A DNA stretch of 64,000 bases from Methanotrichaceae archaeon (GTDB lineage: Archaea > Halobacteriota > Methanosarcinia > Methanotrichales > Methanotrichaceae): positions 128,001 through 192,000 of the forward strand of contig CAVVKN010000010.1 in NCBI GenBank assembly GCA_963748825.1. The letters are read 5' to 3'. Shown here one piece after another: positions 18,846 to 29,540 of the stretch. Position 1 is the first letter of the stretch, and each line of letters starts with the position of its first letter. The notes below the pieces were generated by a model that saw nothing but the letters and a program-made list of their open reading frames with translations, had not been told where the DNA came from and ran no database searches. The position numbers and the translations under genes were made by a program.

Positions 18846-20525
18846 ATGGAAGAGATCAGAGAGCTCATAGAAAAATATGCGCTGCAAAATGCCGTGAAGT
18901 ACAAAGCCGCACCCAATGCAGGGGCGGTAATGGGCAAGCTCCTGGGCGAGCACGCAAAGCTACGCGCCCGGGCCAAAGAGCTATCGCCTCTGGTAAAAGA
19001 GGTCCTGGCCGGCGTGGAGAAGACCAGCCTAGAAGATTGGCAAGCGAGGCTACAGGCCATAGCCCCAGAGCTGCTGACAGAGCTCTCGGAAAAGAAGGAG
19101 CCCGACAAGGGCCTACCCGCTCTGGAGGGTGCGGAAAGGGGTGTTGTCATGCGCTTTGCACCCAACCCCAATGGGCCGCCAACTCTGGGCAGTGCGCGGG
19201 GCATCATCGTCAACTCCGAGTATGTTAAAAAGTACGGCGGCAAGTTCATCATTCGCTTCGATGACACCGATCCTGTGAAGAAGCGGCCCATGCCCGAGGC
19301 CTACGGCTGGTATTTAGAAGACTGCGCATGGCTTGGCGCCTTGCCCGATCTGGTGATCACGGCCAGCGAGCGCGTTGACCAGTACTATCCCATTGCCGAA
19401 GAGCTAATCCGCAGGGGCGGAGCCTATGTTTGCGGCTGTGCGCAGGCCGTCTTCAAGGAGCACAAGGACAAGGGTCTAGAGTGCGAGCATCGGGATCAGA
19501 GCGTGGAGAAGAACCTGGATCTTTGGAAGCAGATGCTCGACGGCCGGATGGCGGAAGGCGGAGCAGTTTTGCGGGTCAAGACAGATATGCACCACAAGGA
19601 CCCGGCCATACGCGACTGGCCAGCTTTTCGCATCGTAACCGCCTCCCATCCGCTGGTAGGCACAAAGTATCGCGTCTGGCCGCTGCTCGATTTCGAGTCG
19701 GCGGTGGAGGACCACCTGCTCGGCACAACGCACATCATTCGAGGTAAGGATCTGACCGATAGCGGAAGCCGGCAGAGATATCTCTACGAGCATTTGGGCT
19801 GGAAGTACCCCCAGGTCATTCACTGGGGCAGGATCAAGATTCATCAGTTCGGCTCTTTCAGCACCAGTAAACTGCGCAAAGCCATCGAGGCCGGCGAGTA
19901 CACGGGCTGGGACGACCCGAGGGTACCGACGGTACGGGCCATGCGCTGCCGGGGCATCCGGCCTGAGGCACTGAGAAAGTTCATGATCGACCTGGGCGTG
20001 GGCGAGACCGATATTTCCATCAGCATGGACTCCATCTATGCTGAGAACAGGAAACTGATTGATCCAGAGGCCAACCGTCGCTTCTTCGTCTGGGAGCCGG
20101 TGGCCCTGGAAATCGAGGGCGAGGTCCCTGCCTTAGCACACGCGCCTCTGCATCCCACAGCAGATCGAGGCTTTCGGGAGATTCCTGCCGGGAACAAGCT
20201 GTTCATCTGCAGGAGCGATCTGGAAGCCTTCCAGGTAGGGGATAATATCCGGCTCAAGGATCTATGCAACGTAGAAATTACGAGCCTGGATCCAGCCAGG
20301 GCGCGCTTCCTGGGCAAGGATATGGGCAAGAGGACCAAGATCATTCAATGGGCGCCCGTGGACGGGCCGAAGGTGCGAGTGCTCAAGCCCGACGGAGTGG
20401 ATGAAGGTGTGGGCGAAGCTGGCATTGCCGAGGAGCTGGGCAAGGTGGTGCAGTTCGAGCGTTACGGATTCGTGCGGGTCAATTCCGTGGGCGAGACGAT
20501 AGTGGCGAACTTTGCCCACCGTTGA
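18846..20525 (+). CDS. gltX: Glutamate--tRNA ligase (archaeal type)
   Basis: RFAPNPNGP, RFDDTDP, THIIRGKD, GWDDPR, VQFERYGF. Confidence 0.97.
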   Translation: MEEIRELIEKYALQNAVKYKAAPNAGAVMGKLLGEHAKLRARAKELSPLVKEVLAGVEKTSLEDWQARLQAIAPELLTELSEKKEPDKGLPALEGAERGVVMRFAPNPNGPPTLGSARGIIVNSEYVKKYGGKFIIRFDDTDPVKKRPMPEAYGWYLEDCAWLGALPDLVITASERVDQYYPIAEELIRRGGAYVCGCAQAVFKEHKDKGLECEHRDQSVEKNLDLWKQMLDGRMAEGGAVLRVKTDMHHKDPAIRDWPAFRIVTASHPLVGTKYRVWPLLDFESAVEDHLLGTTHIIRGKDLTDSGSRQRYLYEHLGWKYPQVIHWGRIKIHQFGSFSTSKLRKAIEAGEYTGWDDPRVPTVRAMRCRGIRPEALRKFMIDLGVGETDISISMDSIYAENRKLIDPEANRRFFVWEPVALEIEGEVPALAHAPLHPTADRGFREIPAGNKLFICRSDLEAFQVGDNIRLKDLCNVEITSLDPARARFLGKDMGKRTKIIQWAPVDGPKVRVLKPDGVDEGVGEAGIAEELGKVVQFERYGFVRVNSVGETIVANFAHR

Positions 20526-20542
20526 GTAATAAGATATCAAAC

Positions 20543-21364
20543 TCAGAAGAGATTGATTGGCAGCAGCGCCGCAGCCAGAAAAGCCACCAGTGCCACTGCC
20601 ATTCCCTTTTTTAGCGCCTTCTGACAGCCCGTTGCGTCCCCGCGGACGATCTTCAGCACGGAGAAGAGGAAGAACAGATCCGCTACCGCTACTATCGCCA
20701 AATACACCCTGCCAAAAGGCGCAAAGAATCCCAGCACCACTGCCGCCAGGGCAAAGGCCGCGGCCAGCGCCGCTGAGGCGCGCTCGCCTGCCAGGATAGG
20801 CAGCGTGCGCGCGCCGCCCGCCTTGTCTCCGGCCATGTCCTCTATGTCTTTGGCGATCTCCCGGCTCATGCTAACCAGAAAGGAGAGCAAAAAGGGAACC
20901 TTGTTAGCTAGAAGGCCCGCGCCTCCTGCCGCTGCGCCACCGAAGAGAAAGGTAGAGCCGGTGAGAAAGGCCACGCAGATGTTGCCAGCCAGCGGCGTGG
21001 CCTTAAGATTGCGAGCGTAAAGGAATAGAAGTGCAGAGTTGAAGGCGGCCACGGTCAGACAGATCTGGTTCACAAGTCCCGCGAAAAGGCAGCCTGCCAC
21101 AAAGAGGGCAAGAGAATAATTAAAAGCCGCCCGCGCGCTGATGCGACCGCTGGGAATCGGCCGCTTGGGTCTATTTATGGCATCGATCTCTCTATCATAG
21201 TAATCGTTGATGGCGTTTCCTGCACCTGTAATCAGGAAAACCGTAAGGAAAATTAGCGCTGTCGCCCCAGGTTCCAGGCCCCCGGCGATAGCGAGACCTA
21301 TGATGGCTGCTGCTGCCGCCATCATGCAGTTGAACGGCCGCAAGATCTCCCAATATGCCTTCAA
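20543..21364 (-). CDS. Digeranylgeranylglyceryl phosphate synthase (UbiA family)
   Basis: NAINDYYDREIDAINRPKRPIPSG; REIAKDIEDMAGD. Confidence 0.92.
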   Translation of the reverse strand: MKAYWEILRPFNCMMAAAAAIIGLAIAGGLEPGATALIFLTVFLITGAGNAINDYYDREIDAINRPKRPIPSGRISARAAFNYSLALFVAGCLFAGLVNQICLTVAAFNSALLFLYARNLKATPLAGNICVAFLTGSTFLFGGAAAGGAGLLANKVPFLLSFLVSMSREIAKDIEDMAGDKAGGARTLPILAGERASAALAAAFALAAVVLGFFAPFGRVYLAIVAVADLFFLFSVLKIVRGDATGCQKALKKGMAVALVAFLAAALLPINLF

Positions 21365-21384
21365 TCCATAAGCCCCTGCGGCCC

Positions 21385-21717
21385 CTAGCCAGAGATGCCG
21401 CGCACCAGATAGAGCAGATAGAACTCAGTTAAGTAGCTATCGATGTTGCAGCGAGCGGGTTTGTCAAAAGAGAGCTCCTGTACGGGCCGGGTGAGCTTTA
21501 TCAGATATGTGCTGCTGGCGGGAACCTTCTCTCGGTAGATGAGACCAGAGCTTTGCATCTTGCACACTATCTTCGAACACTTGCTACTGTCGATGGACAT
21601 GAGACGCCGCAGCTCCGACTGAAACAGGCCGTCTCCTCGTGAGCCGATAAGATCAAGTGCTCTCTCCTGCAGGGCGGAGAAGCTGTTTGCGGGGGAGTTC
21701 CCTGAATTTTTTTGCAT
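21385..21717 (-). CDS. Winged-helix transcriptional regulator
   Basis: GLFQSELRRLMSIDSSKCSKIV..M...GLI.RE; likely start MQKNSG. Confidence 0.7.
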   Translation of the reverse strand: MQKNSGNSPANSFSALQERALDLIGSRGDGLFQSELRRLMSIDSSKCSKIVCKMQSSGLIYREKVPASSTYLIKLTRPVQELSFDKPARCNIDSYLTEFYLLYLVRGISG

Positions 21718-22050
21718 TTTAACCACTGGGCCGGTATTAAAACTTAATTTATTTTGATATACAGTAATTGTGTTCTTTGAGTATAAATTCTTTTTGTCAA
21801 GATACACATTTTGCAGGAAAAATTTTAGAAAATACAAATAATAGTAAGATTGTGAGAGGATAAATTTATATTTAAGTATTTCAAAGAAAGTATACGAATT
21901 TTTAAGGTACTTTTTATGGCCATTGGTTATTCTCCGTTATTTTTACGGCTGCAGAAGAATTTGAAGATAAACTGGGTAACTCAAAGCCTCTGCAATGGTT
22001 TCATAAAGAATGCCTAAGTCCGGCAAAAAGCAGATGACAAATTATGGAAA

Positions 22051-22866
22051 TTAGTCCTTTTCCTGCAGTGGGAATTTGGCTCGAATCTCCCGGCTTCTTA
22101 GCACAGGCAGATCCAGCTCAGCCAAAATTCCCTCAATTCTCTTTCTCTCTTCCGAGCGGAGGGACTTTCTATCAAGATATGCATAGGTAGCTTTCGATTT
22201 GTGGCATGCCTCCTCCACTACATCCCGATTTACTCCCGCCATCTGGTAATTGGAGAAGAGATGCCCAAAGGCCACAGCCGCCTTGAACATGAGATCCGTC
22301 TGCCTGGCCACATAGTGCCCACCGCCAAAGCCCAGGAATACGGGAAGTTCCTTTATCTCCAGGGCTAAAATCGCCCTGGCTACCGCCTCCCCTGCCTGCT
22401 TATCCTGCCATTCTTTCAGAGTGCTTCCGATCTCGGCAAAGAAGCAGGGTGTCTTCAAATCCACCGGCCCGTGATGAGTGGCCTCGGCAGATACCGCGAA
22501 GCCGGGAAGAGCTTGGCTGGCAATGTTATGCAAAAATGAGCGTAGGCCGCAGGGCGCAGCCGCAGAAAGCTTACTCTGGCCGTCTTCCAGTATGCCTGTG
22601 AAGTGCCCTCCCAGCCATGGCAAACCGGCTTTCGCCTCATGCCGGCTGGCAAAGACTACCATCTCCGGCTTCAGGCCTAAGCCAGCCAGCCGATCATCCA
22701 GGCCGCTTAGCCGCGTCTGCTTTTCATCATGAATTATCAGTCGAAAGCGACCACTAGACCTGTAGCCTTCCAGGCACTGCCAGGACAATAGCTCCAGTAG
22801 ACGCTCATAAATATTGAGGCTTGCCGGATCTGCCCGAGAGCAGACTACGGCAATCTCGCCCGACAA
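22051..22866 (-). CDS. dtdA: D-aminoacyl-tRNA deacylase (archaeal DTD2)
   Basis: S..DPAS.NI, FASRH, EATHHGP, EIGST, GFGGGHY. Confidence 0.93.
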   Translation of the reverse strand: MSGEIAVVCSRADPASLNIYERLLELLSWQCLEGYRSSGRFRLIIHDEKQTRLSGLDDRLAGLGLKPEMVVFASRHEAKAGLPWLGGHFTGILEDGQSKLSAAAPCGLRSFLHNIASQALPGFAVSAEATHHGPVDLKTPCFFAEIGSTLKEWQDKQAGEAVARAILALEIKELPVFLGFGGGHYVARQTDLMFKAAVAFGHLFSNYQMAGVNRDVVEEACHKSKATYAYLDRKSLRSEERKRIEGILAELDLPVLRSREIRAKFPLQEKD

Positions 22867-22874
22867 TGCAATCT

Positions 22875-23942
22875 TCAGATCTCCTTGCTCACATCCAGCA
22901 TTTTAGCCACCATGGGCGCGTAATCGATCTTGCTGGCCTTGATCTCGGTGAGGGGCATGATCACTAGCATGGGCCGCTCCTCGATGAGGCCCTTGGCAGA
23001 GAGAGCGCGAAGCTCCTTATCCATGCGGCTCTTTAAATCCGGATAGCCTGTGGACAGGAATGCGCCGAAGATCTCCCCCGGCTGCAGATAGCTGAACAGA
23101 GGCGCTCCGATCCTGCGGAAGGCCTGGTAGACCTGGGAAAGATCCTCGCGATCGTGACCGTGCCTGATGCGCACATGATAAAAGGACATCAGCTCGCAGC
23201 AGATCTTTTGCCAATCCACGTAGGCTTCGCGGGTCAATAGGCCGCTCTGGAAGAACTTGGTTCGCTTTCCGGAGATGGTGGGCCGGGAGATGCCCGTCCT
23301 GCGGGAAAGCTCCAGGTCGGAGAGCATGGGATACTTCACAAAGGCGTAGAGCGTGAGCTTGTCCTTCTCTGTGAGACGGGAGTCCTCAGTTAAAGCGGCC
23401 TTGGGTGGTATTATCTCCCCAGAAAGATCGGATCTGGTGAGATCAAAGAGGCCGTCTACCGCGAGAGCAGCATCTGCAGAGTAGCTGGAGACCTGGAAGG
23501 GATAATGGAAGTAATGAATATCCTCCACAAAATCGTTCCGGTAATATTCGTCGATTATAGGATCGAAGTTCACCCGGAAGTCAGTGAGACTTCGAGAGTA
23601 GAACGTTGATACTGAATCGGTATCTGTGGCAATGTGCGAGACGCAATTGGGATAATTCACCCAATTCTGATAAGAGGGGGACCCCTTTCTTACCTCAAAG
23701 GGAGCGGTCGGACTGTATTTAACGAAGACGGAGGTCAGGATTTCGGCACCTACAGCTTCTCCGGAAGGCACATTTAAAAGCTTTATGAGTTTCCAATCTC
23801 TAAACTTTCGTTTGCTCTTGAATATCGTTGAGCGATCAACGCCTATATTAGAAGCGAGATCTATGTCACTGAGCCCCGGATATCTGGCAAGACCATAAAG
23901 AACTAACCTCTCCTTTGATGTCAATTTTAGCTGCATTCGCAT
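22875..23942 (-). CDS. Transcriptional regulator with two tandem Lrp/AsnC-like HTH modules
   Basis: LTSKERLVLYGLARYPGLSDIDLA / LTEKDKLTLYAFVKYPMLSDLELS internal duplication. Confidence 0.75.
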   Translation of the reverse strand: MRMQLKLTSKERLVLYGLARYPGLSDIDLASNIGVDRSTIFKSKRKFRDWKLIKLLNVPSGEAVGAEILTSVFVKYSPTAPFEVRKGSPSYQNWVNYPNCVSHIATDTDSVSTFYSRSLTDFRVNFDPIIDEYYRNDFVEDIHYFHYPFQVSSYSADAALAVDGLFDLTRSDLSGEIIPPKAALTEDSRLTEKDKLTLYAFVKYPMLSDLELSRRTGISRPTISGKRTKFFQSGLLTREAYVDWQKICCELMSFYHVRIRHGHDREDLSQVYQAFRRIGAPLFSYLQPGEIFGAFLSTGYPDLKSRMDKELRALSAKGLIEERPMLVIMPLTEIKASKIDYAPMVAKMLDVSKEI

Positions 23943-24071
23943 AACATATACATTTTATAAGTATTTATAGATTACCTAATCTTCGATTTCCAGGTATATC
24001 TCTCCTTCATATACAAGGGATCGCATGATCAATTTTGCCAGAATTTAATCTGGGAGCTCAGAGCCTGCACT

Positions 24072-24833
24072 CTACCCGCGAGACTCTATTCTGAAAGGAG
24101 GGGGAACGTAAGCTTTTTTCCGGATAGAGAACGCAAAATCGTGCCCAGGAACTACAAAGTCTGCAAGTGCCATTATTCTCTGCATGCTAGCAATGGCCAG
24201 GTCACGATTGACATGCAAGGCTGGCGGAACCGTTTTAAGGAAGTTTCCAAGAGTAGGAAGGGCATCGCCCGCTATTACTATTACCCCGGAACCATTGCTT
24301 TCCAGCTCCATTTCAGCCTCCGTTTCCCTCTCTAATTCTTCTTCCTTTGTTTTCATTTGCAGGGCACCGGCCTTTGTCTCTACCACCACAGAAATGCTAT
24401 CCATGCTGTGGCCGGGAGTTGCCAGAACCCAAACGCCGGGTGCGATGATATCTCCTTCCTTTGCTGCCAGGACCTTCGCATGGGAAAATAGATGATTGTT
24501 GCCACAATGATCCGGATGGGAATGGGTATTGACAATGCTGTCGATCTCCTCCGGCTTTATGCCAAGCTTTGCCAATGCCCTGCAAAGCAGCTCTTCTTCA
24601 CCCAGAAGGCCGCTGTCCACTACAATCTTATGCCGCCCGCTGATTATCAGCGTCACTGAAGATCTTGCGTCTAAGATCCGGCCGCACTCGTCCCTTTCAA
24701 TCGAACCGGGCTTGAGAAGGAAAACCGATGGCATAAAAATGAAGCTCTCCGTATATGGCTCCAGGATGGCCAAGATATCAGCGCAAAAAGGAGGATGATT
24801 GACGCAAAATCCTTGCGGAAATTTGCTTTCCAT
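24072..24833 (-). CDS. MBL-fold metallohydrolase (start may be MPSVFLL, ~24734)
   Basis: THSHPDHCGN, TPGHS, AGDA, VPGHD. Confidence 0.85.
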   Translation of the reverse strand: MESKFPQGFCVNHPPFCADILAILEPYTESFIFMPSVFLLKPGSIERDECGRILDARSSVTLIISGRHKIVVDSGLLGEEELLCRALAKLGIKPEEIDSIVNTHSHPDHCGNNHLFSHAKVLAAKEGDIIAPGVWVLATPGHSMDSISVVVETKAGALQMKTKEEELERETEAEMELESNGSGVIVIAGDALPTLGNFLKTVPPALHVNRDLAIASMQRIMALADFVVPGHDFAFSIRKKAYVPPPFRIESRG

Positions 24834-24855
24834 TCAATTCTCCTTTTTGCCATCA

Positions 24856-26199
24856 TTAAGCCAGATAGAGCTTTTGCAGCTTCTCGTAGAGCCTCTCTAC
24901 CTGAGCCACGGCTGTCCCGATGTACTGGTGCGGATCTAGCATTGCCTCTATATCCTTGGCATTGAGGTGGCGCATGACAGTCTCGTTCTCTAAAAGAACA
25001 TCGACCAGCTCTCTCTTCTGCTCGAAGGCAGCCATAGAGCTCTGGCGCATGATCTCATGTGCCTGCTGCCGGCCCACGCCCTTCTTGGCCAGCTCCACCA
25101 TCACGTTCTCGGCCATATTCAGTCCGTGTAGCATTGTCAAATTGCGCTCGATATTATCAGGCCGTAGCCGTAGCCCGCTGAGCGTGCGCGTGGCCAGGGT
25201 GATGAGGTGGTCGGTGAAGATGAAAGCCTCCGGGAAGATGACACGCTCACAGCTACTGTTGGTCAGATCGCGCTCGTCCCAGAGGGGAATGTTCTCAAAG
25301 GCGGGCAGGATTTGTGCTCGCACGATTCTGGAAAGGCCGCAGATCTGCTCCGACTTAATCGGATTTCGCTTGTGAGGCATGGTAGAGGAGCCCACCTGCT
25401 TTTTGCCGAAGCCCTCCTCTACCTCGGCAATCTCCGTGCGCTGCAAGGTGCGCATCTCCACGAATATCTTGTCCAGGGTGGAGGCAACGAGCGCCATCCA
25501 GCAGACCATCTCTGCATGCCGGTCGCGCTGCACAACCTGATTGGATACGTCCACTTCGTTAAGCCCGAGATGCTCCATGACTCGCGCCTGAATCACCATT
25601 CCATTCTGGCCATAGGCAGCCTGAGTGCCCACAGCGCCGCTCATCTTGCCTACGGCAGCACGGGGCCGCATCTGCATCAGCCGCTCGATGTGGCGTGCGA
25701 TCTCCGAGGCCCAGATGCCGAATCGCAGGCCGTAGGTGGTGGGTACGGCAATCTGGCCGTGTGTGCGACCGGCGCAGACCAGGTTTTTATTTTTCATGGC
25801 CAGATCCAGCAGCAGCGCCAGGAGCTTCTTCAATTTGGGTTCCAGCACATCCAGGGAGGCCTTGATCTGCAGGCCGGTGGCTGTATCCAGGATGTCGTTG
25901 GAGGTAGCGCCCAGGTGAATCCACTCCCCAAACTTCGGAGCGCACTCCGCCATGGCCAGGACGGTGGCCATCATGTCGTGGCCGATCTCATCCTCAATCT
26001 GCTTGGCCCTCTCCGGGAGAGTAGACTCGGCGGCAGCGGCGATCTCCGCGGCTGCGCCCTGGGGGATCATGCCCAGCTCTTCTTCTGCCAGAGAGAGGGC
26101 CGCTTCCACGCGGAAGAGACAACGCAGCCGGAAGTCCTCTTCCCAGATATCTTTCATCTCTTTGGTGCCGTATCGAAATTCAATAGGGTGAATAGACAT
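24856..26199 (-). CDS. purB: Adenylosuccinate lyase
   Basis: HLGATSND, GRTHGQ.A.PTT, GSSTMPHKRNP; start MSIHPIE. Confidence 0.97.
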   Translation of the reverse strand: MSIHPIEFRYGTKEMKDIWEEDFRLRCLFRVEAALSLAEEELGMIPQGAAAEIAAAAESTLPERAKQIEDEIGHDMMATVLAMAECAPKFGEWIHLGATSNDILDTATGLQIKASLDVLEPKLKKLLALLLDLAMKNKNLVCAGRTHGQIAVPTTYGLRFGIWASEIARHIERLMQMRPRAAVGKMSGAVGTQAAYGQNGMVIQARVMEHLGLNEVDVSNQVVQRDRHAEMVCWMALVASTLDKIFVEMRTLQRTEIAEVEEGFGKKQVGSSTMPHKRNPIKSEQICGLSRIVRAQILPAFENIPLWDERDLTNSSCERVIFPEAFIFTDHLITLATRTLSGLRLRPDNIERNLTMLHGLNMAENVMVELAKKGVGRQQAHEIMRQSSMAAFEQKRELVDVLLENETVMRHLNAKDIEAMLDPHQYIGTAVAQVERLYEKLQKLYLA

Positions 26200-26693
26200 G
26201 GTGGGAGGATGGTGCAAGGGGTTGATGGAACTTTTGGTTGCGCGAAAATGGATCATATTTACTGAGGCAGGCACAAAAACTGTGATTTTATGAAATGGGC
26301 AGGCGAAAGAAGCGGTTTGGGATTAAAATATTCAGAAATTAGTAATATTCTTAAATAGCCATGATCTTATTGGATCTATGGCGATGGAGAATATATCGAT
26401 GGAGAAACTCTCTATCCAGTGCCGCATTTTCAAGGAAAATCCACTGAATAGCGCGAATTTAACGATATCCTTTTCAGCAGCCAGATCGTGCATAGTTGTC
26501 CATAAATCCTCAGACGGAAATAGCCGGAGCGACAAGCCAGAACTCTTTTCCCTATTATTTTTTCTAGCATCAATCATCCTTGAATGAACACTACAACATC
26601 TAAAAAATATTTATTATATAATTAATAAGGAATATAATAAAATATTAATAGTTGAAGCTTGTTGATATAATGAAATGATGCAGGAGGAGTGAG

Positions 26694-27848
26694 TTGATGT
26701 TCGTGCCGGGAAGGAAGGGCTTGATAAGGATACTTTTATTGGCGAGCATAATTTTGATGGTAGATCCGATAAGCAGTTCGGTCTATCCCTTCGGCAGCAA
26801 AGTCCTGCTGGGTCACTCTGATATTGGCATGCCACTTTATCGACTTCCCGCCGAGACCACCATTGCTTTCTGGGACATAGGAACTCCCGGTTACGATGTA
26901 GATGATCCTGTATATTTGCACATCAGCTATTCCACCAGTTGCACAACCAACGCCAACGACGTGAGACTATCTTTTTTAGGAAATGTGTCGCCCGGATCCA
27001 AGGTTAGGTTTAACGATTCTGATATGAATAAACCTCTAACACGACTGCCCTCGATAATCTGCTTCCTGAATGAGAACGGCAGCCAGGCATATGATCTCAA
27101 CGATCCGGTTTATCTGCACCATATCACCTATCGTGACCATTCAAGTCATTGCGATCATCCCGATCTTGCCGATCATTCCTGTTGCGATAATCCGGATAAT
27201 TCCAAAGATTTGACTGCAGGTTTCTTCGAGCGCATCCCCTACCGAGGCGAGGAGTTCCCTTCGCATGGATTGAGCTATGCCTTGTTTACAGATAATTATA
27301 AATTATTCATTTCTGATAAATTAATTGACAAAAGGCCGAGAAAGGTTGGAGAAATGCGGGGCCTATGCATTGAGATGATTCAAGGCTTAGAGGCAGACTA
27401 CTACCACGTTCTCGGAACCTGGCTCATCAAGATTGAAGCCCATAAGAATGAGGATGAATGCTCCCGAAGAGATGGCAAATGTGATGACAAATGCGATAAC
27501 GAACCTAATGACGAATGCGATGACAAATGTGATGACGAATCTTCCGGCTGCAGAAAAGAAGTGCTTGGGGACGAGTTTATCCAAACCAATGACATTATAT
27601 TAAGTTCGATGCTGGAGACAGTGGAAAATGGAACAAAGGTCACCAACGGCATGGATAAAGATATGGTGGCTTTGCCGCCCTTAGCAAGCTTCCTTGGGGA
27701 GAGTGATGCTACAAAAGTTGGATTCTTTGATGCAAACGGCAACAGAATTTACGACTACGAAGACGATGTATACTTGAATGTGCCTGTTGGTGTGTCGAAG
27801 GGCATTGTGACAGTAAATAATGTGCGACTCTCTGGGCCGATTCAGTGA
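26694..27848 (+). CDS. Secreted hypothetical protein with repeated YD.DDPVYL/NDVRLS modules and Cys/Asp/His-rich inserts
   Basis: Signal peptide; three module copies; 12-bp tandem repeats at ~27476-27540. Confidence 0.7.
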   Translation: MMFVPGRKGLIRILLLASIILMVDPISSSVYPFGSKVLLGHSDIGMPLYRLPAETTIAFWDIGTPGYDVDDPVYLHISYSTSCTTNANDVRLSFLGNVSPGSKVRFNDSDMNKPLTRLPSIICFLNENGSQAYDLNDPVYLHHITYRDHSSHCDHPDLADHSCCDNPDNSKDLTAGFFERIPYRGEEFPSHGLSYALFTDNYKLFISDKLIDKRPRKVGEMRGLCIEMIQGLEADYYHVLGTWLIKIEAHKNEDECSRRDGKCDDKCDNEPNDECDDKCDDESSGCRKEVLGDEFIQTNDIILSSMLETVENGTKVTNGMDKDMVALPPLASFLGESDATKVGFFDANGNRIYDYEDDVYLNVPVGVSKGIVTVNNVRLSGPIQ

Positions 27849-27935
27849 AACGACGGCGCACCCCGATGCGAGCATCGGGGTATTACGATAAAAATCAAAC
27901 TGCGTGAGGCCACCCCGCCCTAAAGGACGGGGATT
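27847..27935. mobile_element. Non-autonomous IS200/IS605-like end hairpins (MITE-like remnant)
   Basis: CCCCGATGCGAGCATCGGGG and CCCCGCCCTAAAGGACGGGG hairpins about 35 bp apart. Confidence 0.5.
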
Positions 27936-28074
27936 CTATTACTTTTGCGAACAGACTGCATCCCCAGTCTGAGAATGTTGCTGCTTTGCTCTCGGTTGCT
28001 TTTACCAGTAGGCAGAAGCAGGGGCAAAGGACTCCGCTTTCATCCCCACCCTGCAGGCATCGGCATTCTTTCAG

Positions 28075-28625
28075 CTACCGAGCCAGTTTATGGCCCTTCT
28101 CCAGCTGCTGAATCTGTTCTTCGCTTTTGGCGGCCAATTCCTTGAACTGATTGATAGTATCCCGCATTTTGGGCAGAGCTTCCTGCTTATAGGTGCTGAT
28201 GGAATCCAACGCTTCCATGACATCGGCAAAGGCAGTCTTCAGCGTCTCGACAGAGATATTGGCTTCCATTGATTGTTTCTGGATTTCCGCCCCTTGTCCC
28301 TTCAGCATTTGCGCGTTGCTCCTGATGAAATTATTCGTGATCTCATTGAGCATTTGAATCTTCTTCAGGACAATCTTCTGGTTATAGAGAGCGCCGGCAA
28401 CCATAACTGAGATCCGCAAAGCGTTAATCGTCACATTTCTGGCCCGTTCTACCCCGCGCATCAGTTCCTTATTATTTCTGATCACAATCTCTGTCGCCAT
28501 TACGCCCTGCTGATTGACGACGATCATCTGCTGCATATCCATAAACCGCTGCCGCAGCGGAAAGAGGACTTCTTCAGTGACAAATTTAACTTTTTCCGGG
28601 TCTTCGTTCCTGGCTTTGTAGCTGA
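28075..28625 (-). pseudogene. Toxic-anion-resistance (TelA) family, C-terminal fragment
   Basis: EEVLFPLRQR..DMQQ..VNQQG...IRNNKELMRGV.RA..VTINAL; N-terminal half and true start missing. Confidence 0.75.
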
Positions 28626-28688
28626 GAGGTGTTGCCGGGAGGATTGGCCGGCAAGGCTCTCTCAAATCTCGTAAAAAATTGCTGGGAA

Positions 28689-29504
28689 TCAGCCCGTGTA
28701 CCCCAGCTCTGTGGCTTTAGCATATGCATCCTGAGCCTCAGGCGAGCGCCCCAGAGCCTGCAGATTGATGGCTTTTCTCTGCCAGGCTTCGGGAAACTCT
28801 GGATTTATGCTCAGTGTCTCGTTAAAAGCCTGCACTGCCTCCTCAAATCTGCCCATTTCTCCCAGAGCCAGTCCTTTGTGGTACCATGCGGCTTCGAACT
28901 GCTGGTTGATTTTGATGGCCTCATTGAAAGCCTGCAAAGCCTCTTCGTGCTTGCCCTGGCTTACCAGAGCCGTGCCTTTGTATCGCCAGGCCAGTGCAAA
29001 TTGAGGTTCGATAGCTATGGCTTCATCAAAGGCGGCCACGGCCTCTCCGTTCTTGCCGAGGCCAATAAGAGCCCTGCCTTTGTTGTACCAGGCCTCAGCA
29101 AGTAAGGGATCAGCTTCGATCGATTTATTGTAAGCCTGAACCGCCTCTTCAAACCGGCCCATTTCATTAAGAGAATTTCCTTTATTGGTCCAGGCATTTG
29201 CATATTGAGGGTCAATCTTAATGGCTTCATCGCAAATCTGGATAGCTTCCTCGAAATTACCCATTTGGTTAAGAGCAGCAGCTTTGTTGGACATGGCACC
29301 TGCATGCTGAGGATTTCTCTCTATTGCCTCATCATACGCCTGGATGGCTTCCTGTAGTTTTCCCTGCGCAAAAAAAACATTCCCTATTTTGAACGAGTCG
29401 TCTGCATTCTGTCCAGTGCTTGATTCTTTGCTCCATACAGCCGGAGAGATAATAGTGCAGATCCCGAGTATTAAGACCATGAAGATTAATATGCTCTTCA
29501 ACAA
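28689..29504 (-). CDS. Tetratricopeptide repeat protein
   Basis: About seven TPRs (AW.NKG..L..G...EA..A.D.AI...P); signal peptide. Confidence 0.92.
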   Translation of the reverse strand: MLKSILIFMVLILGICTIISPAVWSKESSTGQNADDSFKIGNVFFAQGKLQEAIQAYDEAIERNPQHAGAMSNKAAALNQMGNFEEAIQICDEAIKIDPQYANAWTNKGNSLNEMGRFEEAVQAYNKSIEADPLLAEAWYNKGRALIGLGKNGEAVAAFDEAIAIEPQFALAWRYKGTALVSQGKHEEALQAFNEAIKINQQFEAAWYHKGLALGEMGRFEEAVQAFNETLSINPEFPEAWQRKAINLQALGRSPEAQDAYAKATELGYTG

Positions 29505-29540
29505 AACACCACCCAGATTAATTATGTCTATCTCAAATAC

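Noticed and set aside
25207-26265. 352-aa antisense ORF over purB (likewise 29730-30674 and 44380-45396)
   Set aside because: Fully overlaps well-supported genes on the opposite strand; no recognisable features
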